From: Macrostomum lignano
Taxonomy: Eukaryota
Direction: 5' to 3'
Assembly (NCBI GenBank): GCA_002269645.1
Contig: NIVC01000130.1
Location: 186,001-250,000 of the forward strand
Length of the DNA: 64,000 nt
Both the position numbers and the translations under genes were made by a program. This document shows positions 36,798 to 49,254 of this stretch, piece by piece (within the stretch, counting starts at the first letter, position 1; the number at the start of each line of letters is the position of its first letter). Below the pieces are notes generated by a model. That model saw only the letters and a list, made by a program, of their open reading frames with translations, did not search any database and had not been told where the DNA came from.

Positions 36798-37529
36798 CTT
36801 AGCAACCTCCTTATTTGGAATCTGAGAACCTTTAGCGTCCCTAGCAACGTTACAAGAGACGCTGGAGTCAGTTCTGCAGCGTCCTTAGCAACCCCTTCTA
36901 CTCGTAATTTGGCTGCCAACGTCGAAAGCAACCATGCATCTGTTAAGGATAGGCCAATATACACAATATTTCTCTAACCAAGACACGCACCCAGCGGTGT
37001 AACATTATACAAGACGTTAATTCTTCAACCTTCAAAGCTACCCCCGCAACATAGCTGATATCACATTTGCTGCCAAAATGGTATTACGTCATATTGGCTT
37101 AGAAACCATGCAATAACAAGCTTAGTTCTTAGTTCCTTTCCTCTCCCCCCTCGATCTATTCCTTATGACGCACGTCGCAACCGCAAGACGGTCTATTGCG
37201 CAACCTTTTCAGTGTGCGACAGTCACGCTGGCCTTGTGTTGCTTTTGCGCCATGCCAGGCAAAGCTGCAGCGCAATTGAAAATCTTTCCTTCTATCCAGT
37301 TTGATCATTTCCGATGCTATTTTTAGCAACACTGTATCTTCTATGATCACCATTTATATAACAAAGCATGATTAAATATACGCAGACCGACTGATGTCAA
37401 TCTAAATCTAAGTGCCACTAAGTGCATAACAAATTACATCATATTGCCATACAATCTCAGTTAAGATAAGTTTTCCTAACTTGCAGTGTATCAACTGTAT
37501 TAATCTCGACTATCTCACAAATACTTATA

Positions 37530-38590
37530 CCTGTCTAAGCTCACTGTCACCGTCTAATCTCAACCCCCCTGTCTAAGCTCACTGTCACCGTCTAATCTCA
37601 ACCCCCCTGTCTAAGCTCACTGTCACCGTCTAATCTCAACCCCCCTGTCTAAGCTCACTGTCACCGTCTAATCTCAACCCCCCTGTCTAAGCTCACTGTC
37701 ACCGTCTAATTTCAACCCCCCTGTCTAAGCTCACTGTCACCGTCTAATTTCAACCCCCCTGTCTAATCTCACTTTCCCTCTGTCTAATCTTACACCCGTC
37801 AATCTCTCTCCCCTGTCTAATTTTTTCTACATTTTTCTACACATCCTTTGCTTAATCTCAGTCTCCCCCTGTCTAACCTCAGTCTGCCCCTTTCTAATCT
37901 CAGCCTCCCGTGTCTAATCTCAGTCTCCTCTGTCTAATCTCAGTCTGCCCCTGTCTAATCTCACTTTCCCTCTGTCTAATCTTACACCCCGTCAATCTCT
38001 CTCCCCTGTCTAATATCACATCCTTTGCTTAATCTCAGTCTCCCTCTGTCTAATCTCAGTCTTCCCTGTCTAATCTCAGTCTTCCCTGTCTAATCTTAGT
38101 CTCCCCTGTCTAATCTCAGTCTGCCCCTTTCTAATCTCAGCCTCCCGTGTCTAATCTCAGTCTCCTCTGTCTAATCTCAGTCTGCCCCTGTCTAATCTCA
38201 CTTTCCCTCTGTCTAATCTTACACCCCGTCAATCTCTATCACCTGTCTAATATCACATCTTTTGCTTAATCTCAGTCTCTCTCTGTCTAACCTCAGTCTG
38301 CCCCTTTCTAATCTCAGCCTCCCGTGTCTAATCTCAGTCTCCCCTGTCTAATCTCACTCTCCCCTGTCTAATCTCACTCTCCCCTTATCTAATCTCACTC
38401 TCCCCTTATCTAATCTCACTCTCCTCTGCCTAATTTCACAGACCCTGTCTAATCTCACTCTCCTCTGCCTAATTTCACAGACCCTGTCTAATCTCACTCT
38501 CCTCTGCCTAATTTCACAGACCCTGTCTAATCTCACTCTTCCTTTGTCCAATCCCAATCTACCCCTGTCCAATCTCAGGCAATTTCTAAT
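37530..38590. repeat. CTGTCTAATCTCA-core minisatellite (38-bp unit, then ~19-bp units)
   Basis: Tandem, degenerate copies. Confidence 0.85.
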
Positions 38591-39929
38591 CTCACTATAA
38601 TTTCAATCCAACCTTAATTGTTTTTCCATCCCTAAAAGTTAGTAAACAAAGTCAACGAAAAACTGACGTCAATATCAGAAAAAAACAAAGAACGAGAATC
38701 AAACCAATTTCTCAGCATTAAACTTTTGAAAAAAGAAACTGTCCACCATCAAAGATGAAACGGTGAAATTGCAAACCAATTTAACAAATATAATTGATAA
38801 ACAAGACCCCCTTCTGCCACGCACCGCAGAATAAAAGCGGGAAAAGTGTTGAGAGGGGAGGACCGTAGAGAACCAGAAAATCAGAATACCTTCAAAACAA
38901 ATATTTCATTACATCTTCTTTCATTCACTAACCGCGCATATAGCAATAATTAAAGAACCTAAGCGAAGAATTGAAGTTTCTGTTTCGTTGATCTATTTAA
39001 AAAAAATAAATCATAAAATATTTTTTTAAAACCAGTTAGATAGATAGAGGTTATAATTTTGTACATATTCGATCGATCGTGCTAAAATTTCCATGTTAAT
39101 GCTTCGTAACAAATAAACTTTTGCACTACTTATGGGACCCCTATGTAAGTAGTACAAAATCGACAAAATAATTGAACAAGTTTTTGTAGGTCACCCTAAA
39201 AGTTTTTGCGCTTCATTTTTTGGTTCTTGTTGCTGATGCCTCTAACCTGTGTTGAATTTTATCGTTCAAAATGTCAGAATCTAATAGAGCAATTTATATA
39301 AACTGTTATATAAACCTATATAATTTTTAGCTGTGAAAAGAAACCAACAAAAATATAAATAATTATACTTTTTGCTCTACAAATTAGAACTTTACTGTTA
39401 CTCAACTATAGATTCTTTTTGCTCTGACAAACTGTACTTCGTAAAAAAGCGCAAGAACTCACTGGATGAAAGTTAAATCACTCTGTCACCCAAAAACCCA
39501 CAGTGTAGAAGCATTAAGAAGTTGTTGGTCTGCCTTTATTGAAAGCTTCTAGGCTTGAGAAAGTTTAGCAAAAACACAGTCAGGCATGTTCGGTACGCGT
39601 ACGCAATCCCATTTAACTAATGAGAATTTATCTTTGCACACGCAAATTCTACTACTGTTCTATGAGTAGTCTAACGCAGTAGTCAAACTTGTTGAAGAGT
39701 GGGAATTGACTTAAACAAATTACATATATAAATTATCCGCGGGGTTATCTGAGTAATAACCATTAGCTGCTCAGGTTTGAGTAGGATGAAGCAATTTTTA
39801 CTTCTGCACTTTTTGATTGATAAAGGTTATAAGATAATAAAAATTAGGCAAGTGAGAAAAGGAGAAAGAGAAATAAAGTGAGGAAGACAAGGAATGAAAA
39901 TTGATTAAACCGGAGAGACTAGAGAGGTG

Positions 39930-40212
39930 AAGGGAGAGATTAGGAAGATGAAGGGAGAGATTAGGGAGGTGAAGGGAGAGATTAGGAAGATGAAGGGAGA
40001 GATTAGGGAGGTGAAGGGAGAGATTAGGGAGGTGAAGGGAGAGATTAGGGAGGTGAAGGGAGAGATTAGGGAGAGATTAGGGAGTTAAAGGGAGAGACTA
40101 GGGAGGTGAAGGGAGATATTAGGGAGATGAAGGGAGAGATTAGGGAGGTGAAGGGAGAGATTAGAGAGGTGAAGAGAGAGATTAGGGAGATGAAGGGAGA
40201 GATTAGGGAGGT
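39930..40212. repeat. Minisatellite, 21-bp unit GGGAGAGATTAGGGAGGTGAA
   Basis: Tandem copies 3' of PGGT1B. Confidence 0.88.
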
Positions 40213-40370
40213 AAAGAAAGGGGCTTCATAACCTCGAAATTTCACAAGCTTCAAAACCTAATATTGTCAAAACACTTTGATAGCCAGCTCTGATAGCTCA
40301 ACTCGCAACTCAATCCAACTTGAGCTCGCGAAAAGCAAAATAAGGAAGAGAGGTGAAGGAAGAGAAGAGA

Positions 40371-43300
40371 TCAGTGAGAAGCAGCAGAAGCGGCAGCAGC
40401 CCGATGCAGGGCCAGCATATGCAGGTGAGCCCTCTCGGTGATGTTGGCCTCAGGCCGGATGGGTTCCAGCCGCTCGTCCTCGAGGCGGAGGGCGGCCAAG
40501 CCGGCCAGAGCCAGGTAGGTGTGCAGCGGGTCGGCGGAGTCGCCCGGATACTTGGAGAAGCCGCCCTCCATGCCGCTGTAGCAGCTGAAAACGAATTCAA
40601 CAAGGGCCGATCGGTCAATCAGATTGGCCCGGCCAAGGGCTGCCAGGGAGGCTCCAATCCAGAACGTATAGCAGGAATCGTCGTCCTTGTACGGTCGGCC
40701 GTGGAAGCCGCGGTGCTGACGCTGGCAAAGCCAGCGCAACAGGCGCGAACGTTGGCGACTATCGGCTGGCAGGGCGGAGTCCAGCCTGCCGAGAAGTTTC
40801 AACGAAGCGATGGCGCAGAAGGTGGAGCCGCCGTGAGCCTCGGAGCCGGGCCGCTGACCGAAGCCGCCTTCGTAGGTCTGGCAGGCCAGCAGGAAGGCGA
40901 CCTACAGATAATTTATCATTTTTTCACAATTTATAGCAAAAATTTACAGCAAAATGTGTGCGTTTCTACTTGAAGTAGAACAATCGCAAATGTTAAGTAG
41001 AATTAGTGACACTGAAAATAATATTGCTGTATAAATATACCGTTTAGTTAGTTTTCAAAAAAAATTCCTCAAAAATATATCAAAATGACATGTTGAGATT
41101 TCCAAGAAACGGTTTCAGAGATTTCCTTGAAACATCAGTTATGTTTTCTTAGAAATTTCAGTTGATGGATTTTTAAAAACAATTTAGAATTTCTCAAATA
41201 TAGAATGGCAGTTTGAGATTCTCTCATTTTAGATATCCAGTCGAAATTACAGATTATGAAGTTTTTCAGAAATTCAGAAAATTGGCCAGAAATTTGAATT
41301 TCCTGGAAACAGCAGAAATAAAACTACCAAGAATAATCAGCAACAGGTGGGGGGGGGGGCGTTCTAAGACATGGCTCGTTGGAATTTTCTAAACCAGTGC
41401 TTGCGGTCCTTGTCGACGTTTGCAGGGCCACAGGCCGGATTGGAAATTCGTTGGAACTTGAAAAACAAAATTTATAATTTCCAGGAAACAGCACAAATTT
41501 GAATTTCATTAACGGATGCGATAAGAATTTCCTAAAAACGGATGCGATAGAAATTCCCTAGAAACGGATGCGGCAGAAATTTCCTAGAAACGGATGTGAC
41601 TAAGAATTTCCTAGAAACGGATGCGATAGAAATTCCATAGAAACGGATGCGGCAGAAATTTCCTAGAAACGGATGTGACTAAGAATTTCCTAACAACGGA
41701 TGCGATAGAAATTCCATAGAAACGGATGCGGCAGGAATTTCCTAGAAACGGATGCGATAAGAATTTCCTAGAAACGAATGCGATAGGAATTTCCTAGAAA
41801 CGGGTGCGGCAGGAATTTCCTAGAAACGGATGCGATAAGAATTTCCTAGAAACGGATGCGATAGGAATTTCCTAGAAACGGGTGCGGCAGGAATTTCCTA
41901 GAAACGGATACGATAAGAATTTCCTAGAAACGGATGCGATAGGAATTTCCTAGAAACGGGTGCGGCAGGAATTTCCTAGAAACGGATGCGGCAGGAATTT
42001 CCTAGAAACGGATGCGATAGAAATTTTCTAGAAACGGATGCGATAGAAATTCCCTAGAAACGGATGCGAAAGGAATTTCCTAGAAACGGATGCGGCAGGA
42101 ATTTCCTAGAAACGGATGCGATAGAAATTTTCTAGAAACGGATGCGATAGAAATTCCCTAGAAACGGATGCGAAAGGAATTTCCTAGAAACGGATGCGAT
42201 AGGAATTTCCTAGAAACGGATCGATAGGAATTTCCTAGAAACGGATGCGATAGGAATTTCCTAGAAACGGATGCGATAAGAATTTCCTAGAAACGGATGC
42301 GATAGGAAATTTCCTAGAAACGGATGCGACAGGAATTTCTTAGAAACGGGTTTTACAAGAATTTCTTAGAAACGCAACAACTGGTGTTTCCTAGAAAGCA
42401 TATTGAAACGGAAGAGGTTCGAATTCCGTTTTTGCGTTTTGAAAGAAACAAAAGCGGCTAGAATTTTCTTAGAAACGTCAGTTTTGGATTTCATAAAGAA
42501 TTTATAACGACATTTAAACAATTCGCTCACACTTCTGTCAACGTCGATTTTGGTGAAATCGTTCAAATAATAGCAGGACACGCAGGCGGAGAACACGAAT
42601 CGCAAGTCGCTTTCCGGAGCAAATTTGCCAGCCGTGAAGCAGCCCGCCGGCGTCTGCAGGGCCGCAACTCCGCTGAGAACGGCGTCTCGATCGACTCGTT
42701 GAAGATCGTCGCCGAGCATGAGCAGGATGCCCAGGCCGGCGAATACCATGGTGAGGTGGCTGGCATCGTACGGCAGCGGATTCTCGGCGTCCAGGTGCGG
42801 ATCCGCCGGGCTGCCCAGCAGGGGAGCGCCGCGGAAGCCGCAGTTGGCAACGGGCCGGCCGGAGCTGGGGAGAATCTGAAGGCTGTACACCCAGTCTATG
42901 ATCTCCTGCCTGCGGGAGGCGTTGTGCGGGATTAGGGTGAGATTAGATGCCGGTTTAGGGTGAGATTAGATGTTTGATTAGGGTGAGATTAGATGTGGTA
43001 TTAGGGTGAGATTAGTTGCTGGATTAGGGTGAGATAAGATGCTAGATTAGAGTGAGATTACATTAAATGCTGGATTAGGGTGAGATTAGATGCTAGATTA
43101 GGGTGAGATTGGATGCTAGATTAGGGTGAGATTAGATGCTAGATTAGGGTGAGATTAGATGTGGGATTAGGGTGAGATTAGATGCTTGAACAGGTGCTAG
43201 ATTCGAATGAGATTAAATGCTGGATTAGGATGAGATTAGATGATAGATTAGACTGAGATTAGATGATAGAAGATTAGACTGAGACTAGATGATCAGAACT

Positions 43301-43547
43301 GATACCTATTCAGCTCCTGAGTCCTATCCAGCATGTCCATAGTGGAGATGGCAAACCAAGCGAACACCAATCTGTTCTGATCGTAGCCGCTGCAGTGCGA
43401 GGGCAGGCAGGTCAGCACCCGCCTGCAGTACTTGGTGAGCTGGGCGCTGAACTTCTCCATGTCTGGCAGCTGCTGCTGTTGGCGACACCGCCGACTGCGG
43501 CCTTCATCGTCACTGCTGGAGCTGTCTCCCGCGCTGATGTTAGACAT
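40371..43547 (-). CDS. PGGT1B: Geranylgeranyltransferase type I beta subunit, 3 coding exons, about 383 aa
   Basis: Exons 43547-43306, 42909-42531, 40901-40371; an alternative ATG lies at 43562. Motifs: EIIDWVYSLQ, CGFRG, YDASHLTM, LGDDLQRV, ESDLRFVF, EAHGGSTFC, GFHGRPYKDDDSCYTFWIG (Zn ligands D and C), GGFSKYP (GGTase-I Lys), DPLHTY (Zn His). Confidence 0.95.
41510..42375. repeat. Minisatellite, 26-bp unit GAATTTCCTAGAAACGGATGCGATAG (PGGT1B intron 2)
   Basis: About 30 copies. Confidence 0.9.
42930..43290. repeat. Minisatellite, ~23-bp unit GATTAGGGTGAGATTAGATGCTA (PGGT1B intron 1)
   Basis: Tandem copies. Confidence 0.88.
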
Positions 43548-43654
43548 TTGGCTTGTCAGCATGCAGTGCAGAGTTGGTGAGGATTTTAATAGATTTTTTA
43601 TGGACTCTGTCTGGCTAAACTGCACGGAGTTACATACAAGTCCTCTGTGTACCC

Positions 43655-44460
43655 TAATTTCCTAGAAAACTCCGAACCCTACTTTCTTAGAAACCAACTT
43701 GAAACCATTTTTCTTAGATATTCCTAGAAATCCCCCGAATCTAGATATACCAGAATCCTACTTTCCTATATATTCTCTGAATTAGAATTTTCTAGCAGCA
43801 ATCCATGCATCGTACTTTCCTAGAAATGTCCCCAACCTAAACTTTCTTTAGAAATCTTAAATTCAACTTGCCTAGAAATCGTCTGGAGCCTTAGTTTCCC
43901 ACTTTAGAAACCCATCGAACCAAATTTTCCTAGAAACTCACTGCACCAAATTTTCCTAGAAACCCACTAAATTAAACTTTTCTAGGAACTTACCGAACAA
44001 AACTTTCCTAGAAACTCACCAAATCAACTAGTAATTTTCCTAGAAACCTGCCACCGAAACCTACTTTCCTAGAAACCCACCAAACCAAAACTTTTCTAGA
44101 AACGTACCGAATCAAGCTTTCCTAGAAACTCACTGAATCAAATTTTTCTATAAACCCACCGAAACCAATTTTCCTAGAAACTCACTAAACCAACATTACC
44201 CAGAAACGTATCGAACCAAAATTTCCTAGAAACCGACCAAACCAAACTTTCCTAGAAACTTACCGAATGAAGCTTTCCTCGAAACCCACCGAAACTAATT
44301 TTCCTAGAAACCTACCAAACCAACATTACCTAGAAACGTATCGAACCAAAATTTCCTAGAAACCGACCAAACCAAACTTTCCTAGAAACGTACCGAATGA
44401 AGCTTTCCCACCGAAACCAATTTTCCTAGAAACCCACCAAAACCAACTTTTACAGAAATC
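43655..44460. repeat. Degenerate TTTCCTAGAAAC-core array directly upstream of PGGT1B
   Basis: Repeated core with variable ACCGAA/ACCAAA linkers. Confidence 0.8.
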
Positions 44461-44844
44461 CTTGATTCTTCCTTTCAATTCCTAATTTTCCTTTAAAAAA
44501 CCATTAATCCCACTTCAATAGAAATCAAGGGAAACTGTACTTTCTTAGAAGTTCTCAATCAACAATGCAAAAATATATTTATCAAAAAGAAATTTATTAA
44601 AATTTGACAATTTATAAAAACAGTTAAACAAAGTGAACGTATAAAACAGACAATACGAATCATTATTTGTATTCAATTTTCAAGTCAATTTATCGTGTTA
44701 AAGCTCTGAAAAAACAGCTTGTGAGAGTGTTCCTTTTTCTGGAAAAAAATTGGTATCCAAATTTAGCAAAAATGAAAATGAAATTCGGGAAAGCAAAGAG
44801 GAAGAGCGAGTGGAGATCTGGATAATGCATAAATAAGTTAAAAG

Positions 44845-44852
44845 TACACACA

Positions 44853-44887
<35 letters not shown>
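44845..44887. repeat. (AC)n microsatellite
   Basis: Direct reading. Confidence 0.9.
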
Positions 44888-44889
<2 letters not shown>

Positions 44890-45103
44890 CTTCAGAATTC
44901 TGTAACAGAAAAATCTTCAATTTATAATAATCGGCCAAGACAAAATCAACCTACTGTTAGTAGTGCAACGCTATATAATTTAAAAAAATAGAAATCGGAT
45001 ACATAAATTGCTCTATTGCAAAACAAATTACTTTGGACGACAATGTATAAACAACGCAAAATATCATAGAGGCTTTGTTCCAAACAGTTATATAAGAATT
45101 TGT

Positions 45104-48100
45104 TTAGACAAACCAATTTCGATTGTCACGGCTCAGACTATCATCATTATTGGTTGACTGTTCTCGACAAAGGCGAAGGAACAGGGTAAAGTACATTATT
45201 AGCAGAGTCGAGCCTTCTAATAGCAGGATTGAGCAGATGACATCGCAAGCGATTTGGATGCCAAATTGTCGCCTTGAGGTCTGCAAATTGTGGTGGATGG
45301 GTGATTGAGTGTTGATGAGGTGTGTGCGAGATAGTCATCGGTCAATGATAGTGAGTCACACTGTGGGTCAATGATAGTGAGTCACACTGTGGGTCAATGA
45401 TAGTGGGTCACACTGTGGGTCAATGATGGTGAGTCACACTGTGGGTCAATGATAGTGGGTCACACTGTGGGTCAATGATAGTGGGTCACACTGTGGGTCA
45501 ATGATAGTGGGTCACACTGTGGGTCAATGATGGTGAGTCACACTGTGGGTCAATGATAGTGGGTCACACTGTGGGTCAATGATAGTGGGTCACACTGTGG
45601 GTCAATGATAGTGGGTCACACTGTGGGTCAATGATAGTGGGTCACACTGTGGGTTAATGATAGTGGGTCACACTGTGGGTCAATGATGGTGAGTCATACT
45701 GTGGGTCAATGATGGTGAGTCACACTGTGGGTCAATGATAGTGAGTCATACTGTGGGTCAATGATAGTGAGTCATACTGTGGGTCAATGATAGTTATGGG
45801 TCAATGATGGTGAGTCACACTGTGGGTCAATGATAGTTATGGGTCAATGATGGTGAGTCACACTGTGGGTCAATGATAGTTATGGGTCAATGATGGTGAG
45901 TCACACTGTGGGTCAATGATAGTGAGTCACACTGTGGGTCAATGATAGTGAGTCACACTGTGGGTCAATGATAGTGGGTCACACTGTGGGTCAATGATAG
46001 TGAGTCACACTGTGGGTTAATGATAGTGGGTCACACTGTGGGTTAATGATAGTGAGTCACACTGTGGGTCAATGATAGTGGGTCACACTGTGGGTTAATG
46101 ATAGTGAGTCACACTGTGGGTCAATGATAGTGAGTCACACTGTGGGTCAATGATAGTGGGTCACACTGTGGGTCAATGATAGTGAGTCACACTGTGGGTC
46201 AATGATAGTGGGTTACACTGTGGGTCAATGATAGTGGGTCACACTGTGGGTCAATGATAGTGAGTCATACTGTGGGTCAATGATAGTTATGGGTCAATGA
46301 TGGTGAGTCACACTGTGGGTCAATGATAGTTATGGGTCAATGATGGTGAGTCACACTGTGGGTCAATGATAGTGAGTCACACTGTGGGTCAATGATAGTG
46401 AGTCATACTGTGGGTCAATGATAGTTATGGGTCAATGATGGTGAGTCACACTGTGGGTCAATGATAGTTATGGGTCAATGATGGTGAGTCACACTGTGGG
46501 TCAATGATAGTGAGTCATACTGTGGGTCAATGATAGTGAGTCATACTGTGGGTCAATGATAGTTATGGGTCAATGATGGTGAGTCACACTGTGGGTCAAT
46601 GATAGTTATGGGTCAATGATGGTGAGTCACACTGTGGGTCAATGATAGTTATGGGTCAATGATGGTGAGTCACACTGTGGGTCAATGATAGTGAGTCACA
46701 CTGTGGGTCAATGATAGTGAGTCACACTGTGGGTCAATGATAGTGGGTCACACTGTGGGTTAATGATAGTGGGTCACACTGTGGGTCAATGATGGTGAGT
46801 CACACTGTGGGTCAATGATAGTGAGTCACACTGTGGGTCAATGATAGTGAGTCACACTGTGGGTCAATGATAGTGGGTCACACTGTGGGTTAATGATAGT
46901 GGGCCAACACTGTGGGTCAATGATAGTGAGTCACACTGTGGGTCAATGATAGTGAGTCACACTGTGGGTCAATGATAGTGAGTCACACAGTGGGTCAATG
47001 ATGGTGAGTCACACTGTGGGTCAATGATAGTGAGTCACACTGTGGGTCAATGATAGTAAGTCACACTGTGGGTCAATGATAGTGAGTCACACTGTAAATC
47101 AATTATAATGAGTCACAATATGGGTCAATGATGGTGAGTCACACTGTGGGTCAATGATAGTGAGTCACACTGTGGGTCAATGATAGTGAGTCACACTGTG
47201 GGTCAATGATAGTGAGTCACACTGTGGGTCAATGATAGTGGGTAACACTGTGGGTTAATGATAGTGGGTCACACTGTGGGTCAATGATAGTGAGTCACAC
47301 TGTGGGTCAATGATAGTGAGTCACACTGTGGGTCAATGATAGTGAGTCACACTGTGGGTCAATGATAGTGTGTCACACTGTGGGTTAATGATAGTGGGCC
47401 AACACTGTGGGTCAATGATAGTGAGTCACACTGTGGGTCAATGATAGTGAGTCACACTGTGGGTCAATGATAGTGAGTCACACTGTGGGTCAATGATGGT
47501 GAGTCACACTGTGGGTCAATGATGGTGAGCCACACTGTGGGTCAATGATAGTAAGTCACACTGTGGGTCAATGATAGTGAGTCACACTGTGGGTCAATGA
47601 TAGTGAGTCACACTGTGGGTCAATGATAGTGAGTCACACTGTGGGTTAATGATAGTGAGTCACACTGTGGGTCAATGATGGTGAGTCACACTGTGGGTCA
47701 ATGATAGTGAGTCACACTGTGGGTCAATGATAGTGAGTCACACTGTGGGTCAATGATGGTGAGTCACACTGTGGGTCAATGATAGTGAGTCACACTGTGA
47801 ATCAATGATAGTGGGTCATACTGTGGATCAATGATAGTGAGTCACACTGTGAATCAATGATAGTGGGTCATACTGTGGGTCAATGATAGTGAGTCACACT
47901 GTGAATCAATGATAATGAGTCACACTGTGTCAGTTAGTGGGTCAGAAGTGCCGGTGAGTCTAAAGAGACCAAACTCACTGATTCAGTAAGTGGGTCAGTG
48001 AGTCTGTTAGTAGAACTCACCAAGTTTGCCTGGTCAATAAGCGGCTGATACCAGCTGCTAGCATAATAGACGCAACGCAAAACCACCAAAGCTGCACAGC

Positions 48101-49182
48101 AGACAGTGGAGAGGACGCACAGACAGTAGAATGTGATGAACTGAAATTTGATTGCCGAATATTTGGCTTATTTAGTCATGAATTGTTTAAAAGTTAGGCT
48201 ACCTAAAACTCTACCCAACTACAGCAAAACCTACCTAAATCTTACCCTAATTACAGCAAAAGCACCGTAATTACAGCAGTAGCTACCTAAATCTCACCCT
48301 AATTACAGCAAAGCTACCTAAATCTTACCCTTATTACAACAAAGCTACCTAAATCTCACCCTAATTACAGCACAGCTACCTAAATCTCACCCTAATCACA
48401 ACAAAAGCTAACTAAATCTCCCGCTAATTACAACAAAGCTACCTAAATCTCACCCTAATTACAACAAAGCTACCTAAATCTCACCCTAATTACAACAAAG
48501 CTACCTAAATCTCACCCTAATTACAACAAAGCTACCTAAATCTCACCCTAATTACAACAAAGCTACCTAAATCTCACCCTAATTACAACAAAGCTACCTA
48601 AATCTCACCCTAACTACAACAAAGCTACCTAAATCTCACCCTAACTACAACAAAGCTACCTAAATCTCACCCTAACTACAACAAAGCTACCTAAATCTCA
48701 CCCTAATTACAACAATCTGTCTAAGAATAACAATAAAAGCAAACTAAATGGCAGCAAAAACTCACATATTTGGCCCACCCAGTCTTGGCAGCCTTGAGCA
48801 TCAACACAGCCCACGGAACCACTAGAAAGGGCAGCCAGAGTCCAAAAGCCCAGCAGTTATGCAAATTAATACTAATAGGATAACTCTGGTCTGGGTCTGA
48901 GTACATGAGAGGCAGTACGATGACTACGGCCATAGACAGTATGAGCAGGCAGGCGGCGCATAGCAGGGCTACAATAGACTGAATTATGAATAGCGTAGGC
49001 CGGCCAGCATACTCAACTATAAGCAGATTTCTCATACTGTCAGATTGCTCATCATTGATTCTCTGTTGTTGACGGGCCGATATAGGCGCCCTTGGCAGAT
49101 TGCCAACGTTAGAGAGGTCCTCGTTGGCTTGAAGTTCGTCAACCTCGTCAATTGGATTTGAGAATTGATTGCCTGATGACAT
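45104..49182 (-). CDS. Four-pass membrane protein, MS4A/CD20-like, 3 exons, about 237 aa
   Basis: Exons 49182-48766, 48140-48021, 45280-45104, all phase 0 with GT-AG. Four hydrophobic segments. AFGLWLPFLVVPWAVLMLKAAK...FYCLCVLSTVCCAALVVL resembles the CD20-family TM2-TM3 pattern. The family assignment is by eye. Confidence 0.7.
45340..47935. repeat. Minisatellite, 26-bp unit GGGTCAATGATAGTG(A/G)GTCACACTGT, about 100 copies (MS4A-like intron 2)
   Basis: 2.6 kb homogeneous array. Confidence 0.95.
48200..48715. repeat. Minisatellite, 31-bp unit CAAAGCTACCTAAATCTCACCCTAATTACAA
   Basis: Tandem copies in MS4A-like intron 1. Confidence 0.9.
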
Positions 49183-49254
49183 ATTGATCTGACTGCTTTG
49201 ATTTGAGAATCATCAATGAGAAATATTATACAACTTAAAATGACTTTAAGGTAT

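Noticed and set aside
37156-37353. 65-aa ORF upstream of RAR
   Set aside because: No recognisable domain and no convincing splice partners; left unassigned.
40353-40973. 206-aa + strand ORF (also 42699-42935, 53707-54003, 17564-17993, 62615-62950)
   Set aside because: Antisense shadows of GC-rich real exons.
41324-41509. Possible extra PGGT1B exon
   Set aside because: Exons 2 and 3 already join seamlessly (DVDRS|VAFLLAC); no frame here resembles the enzyme.
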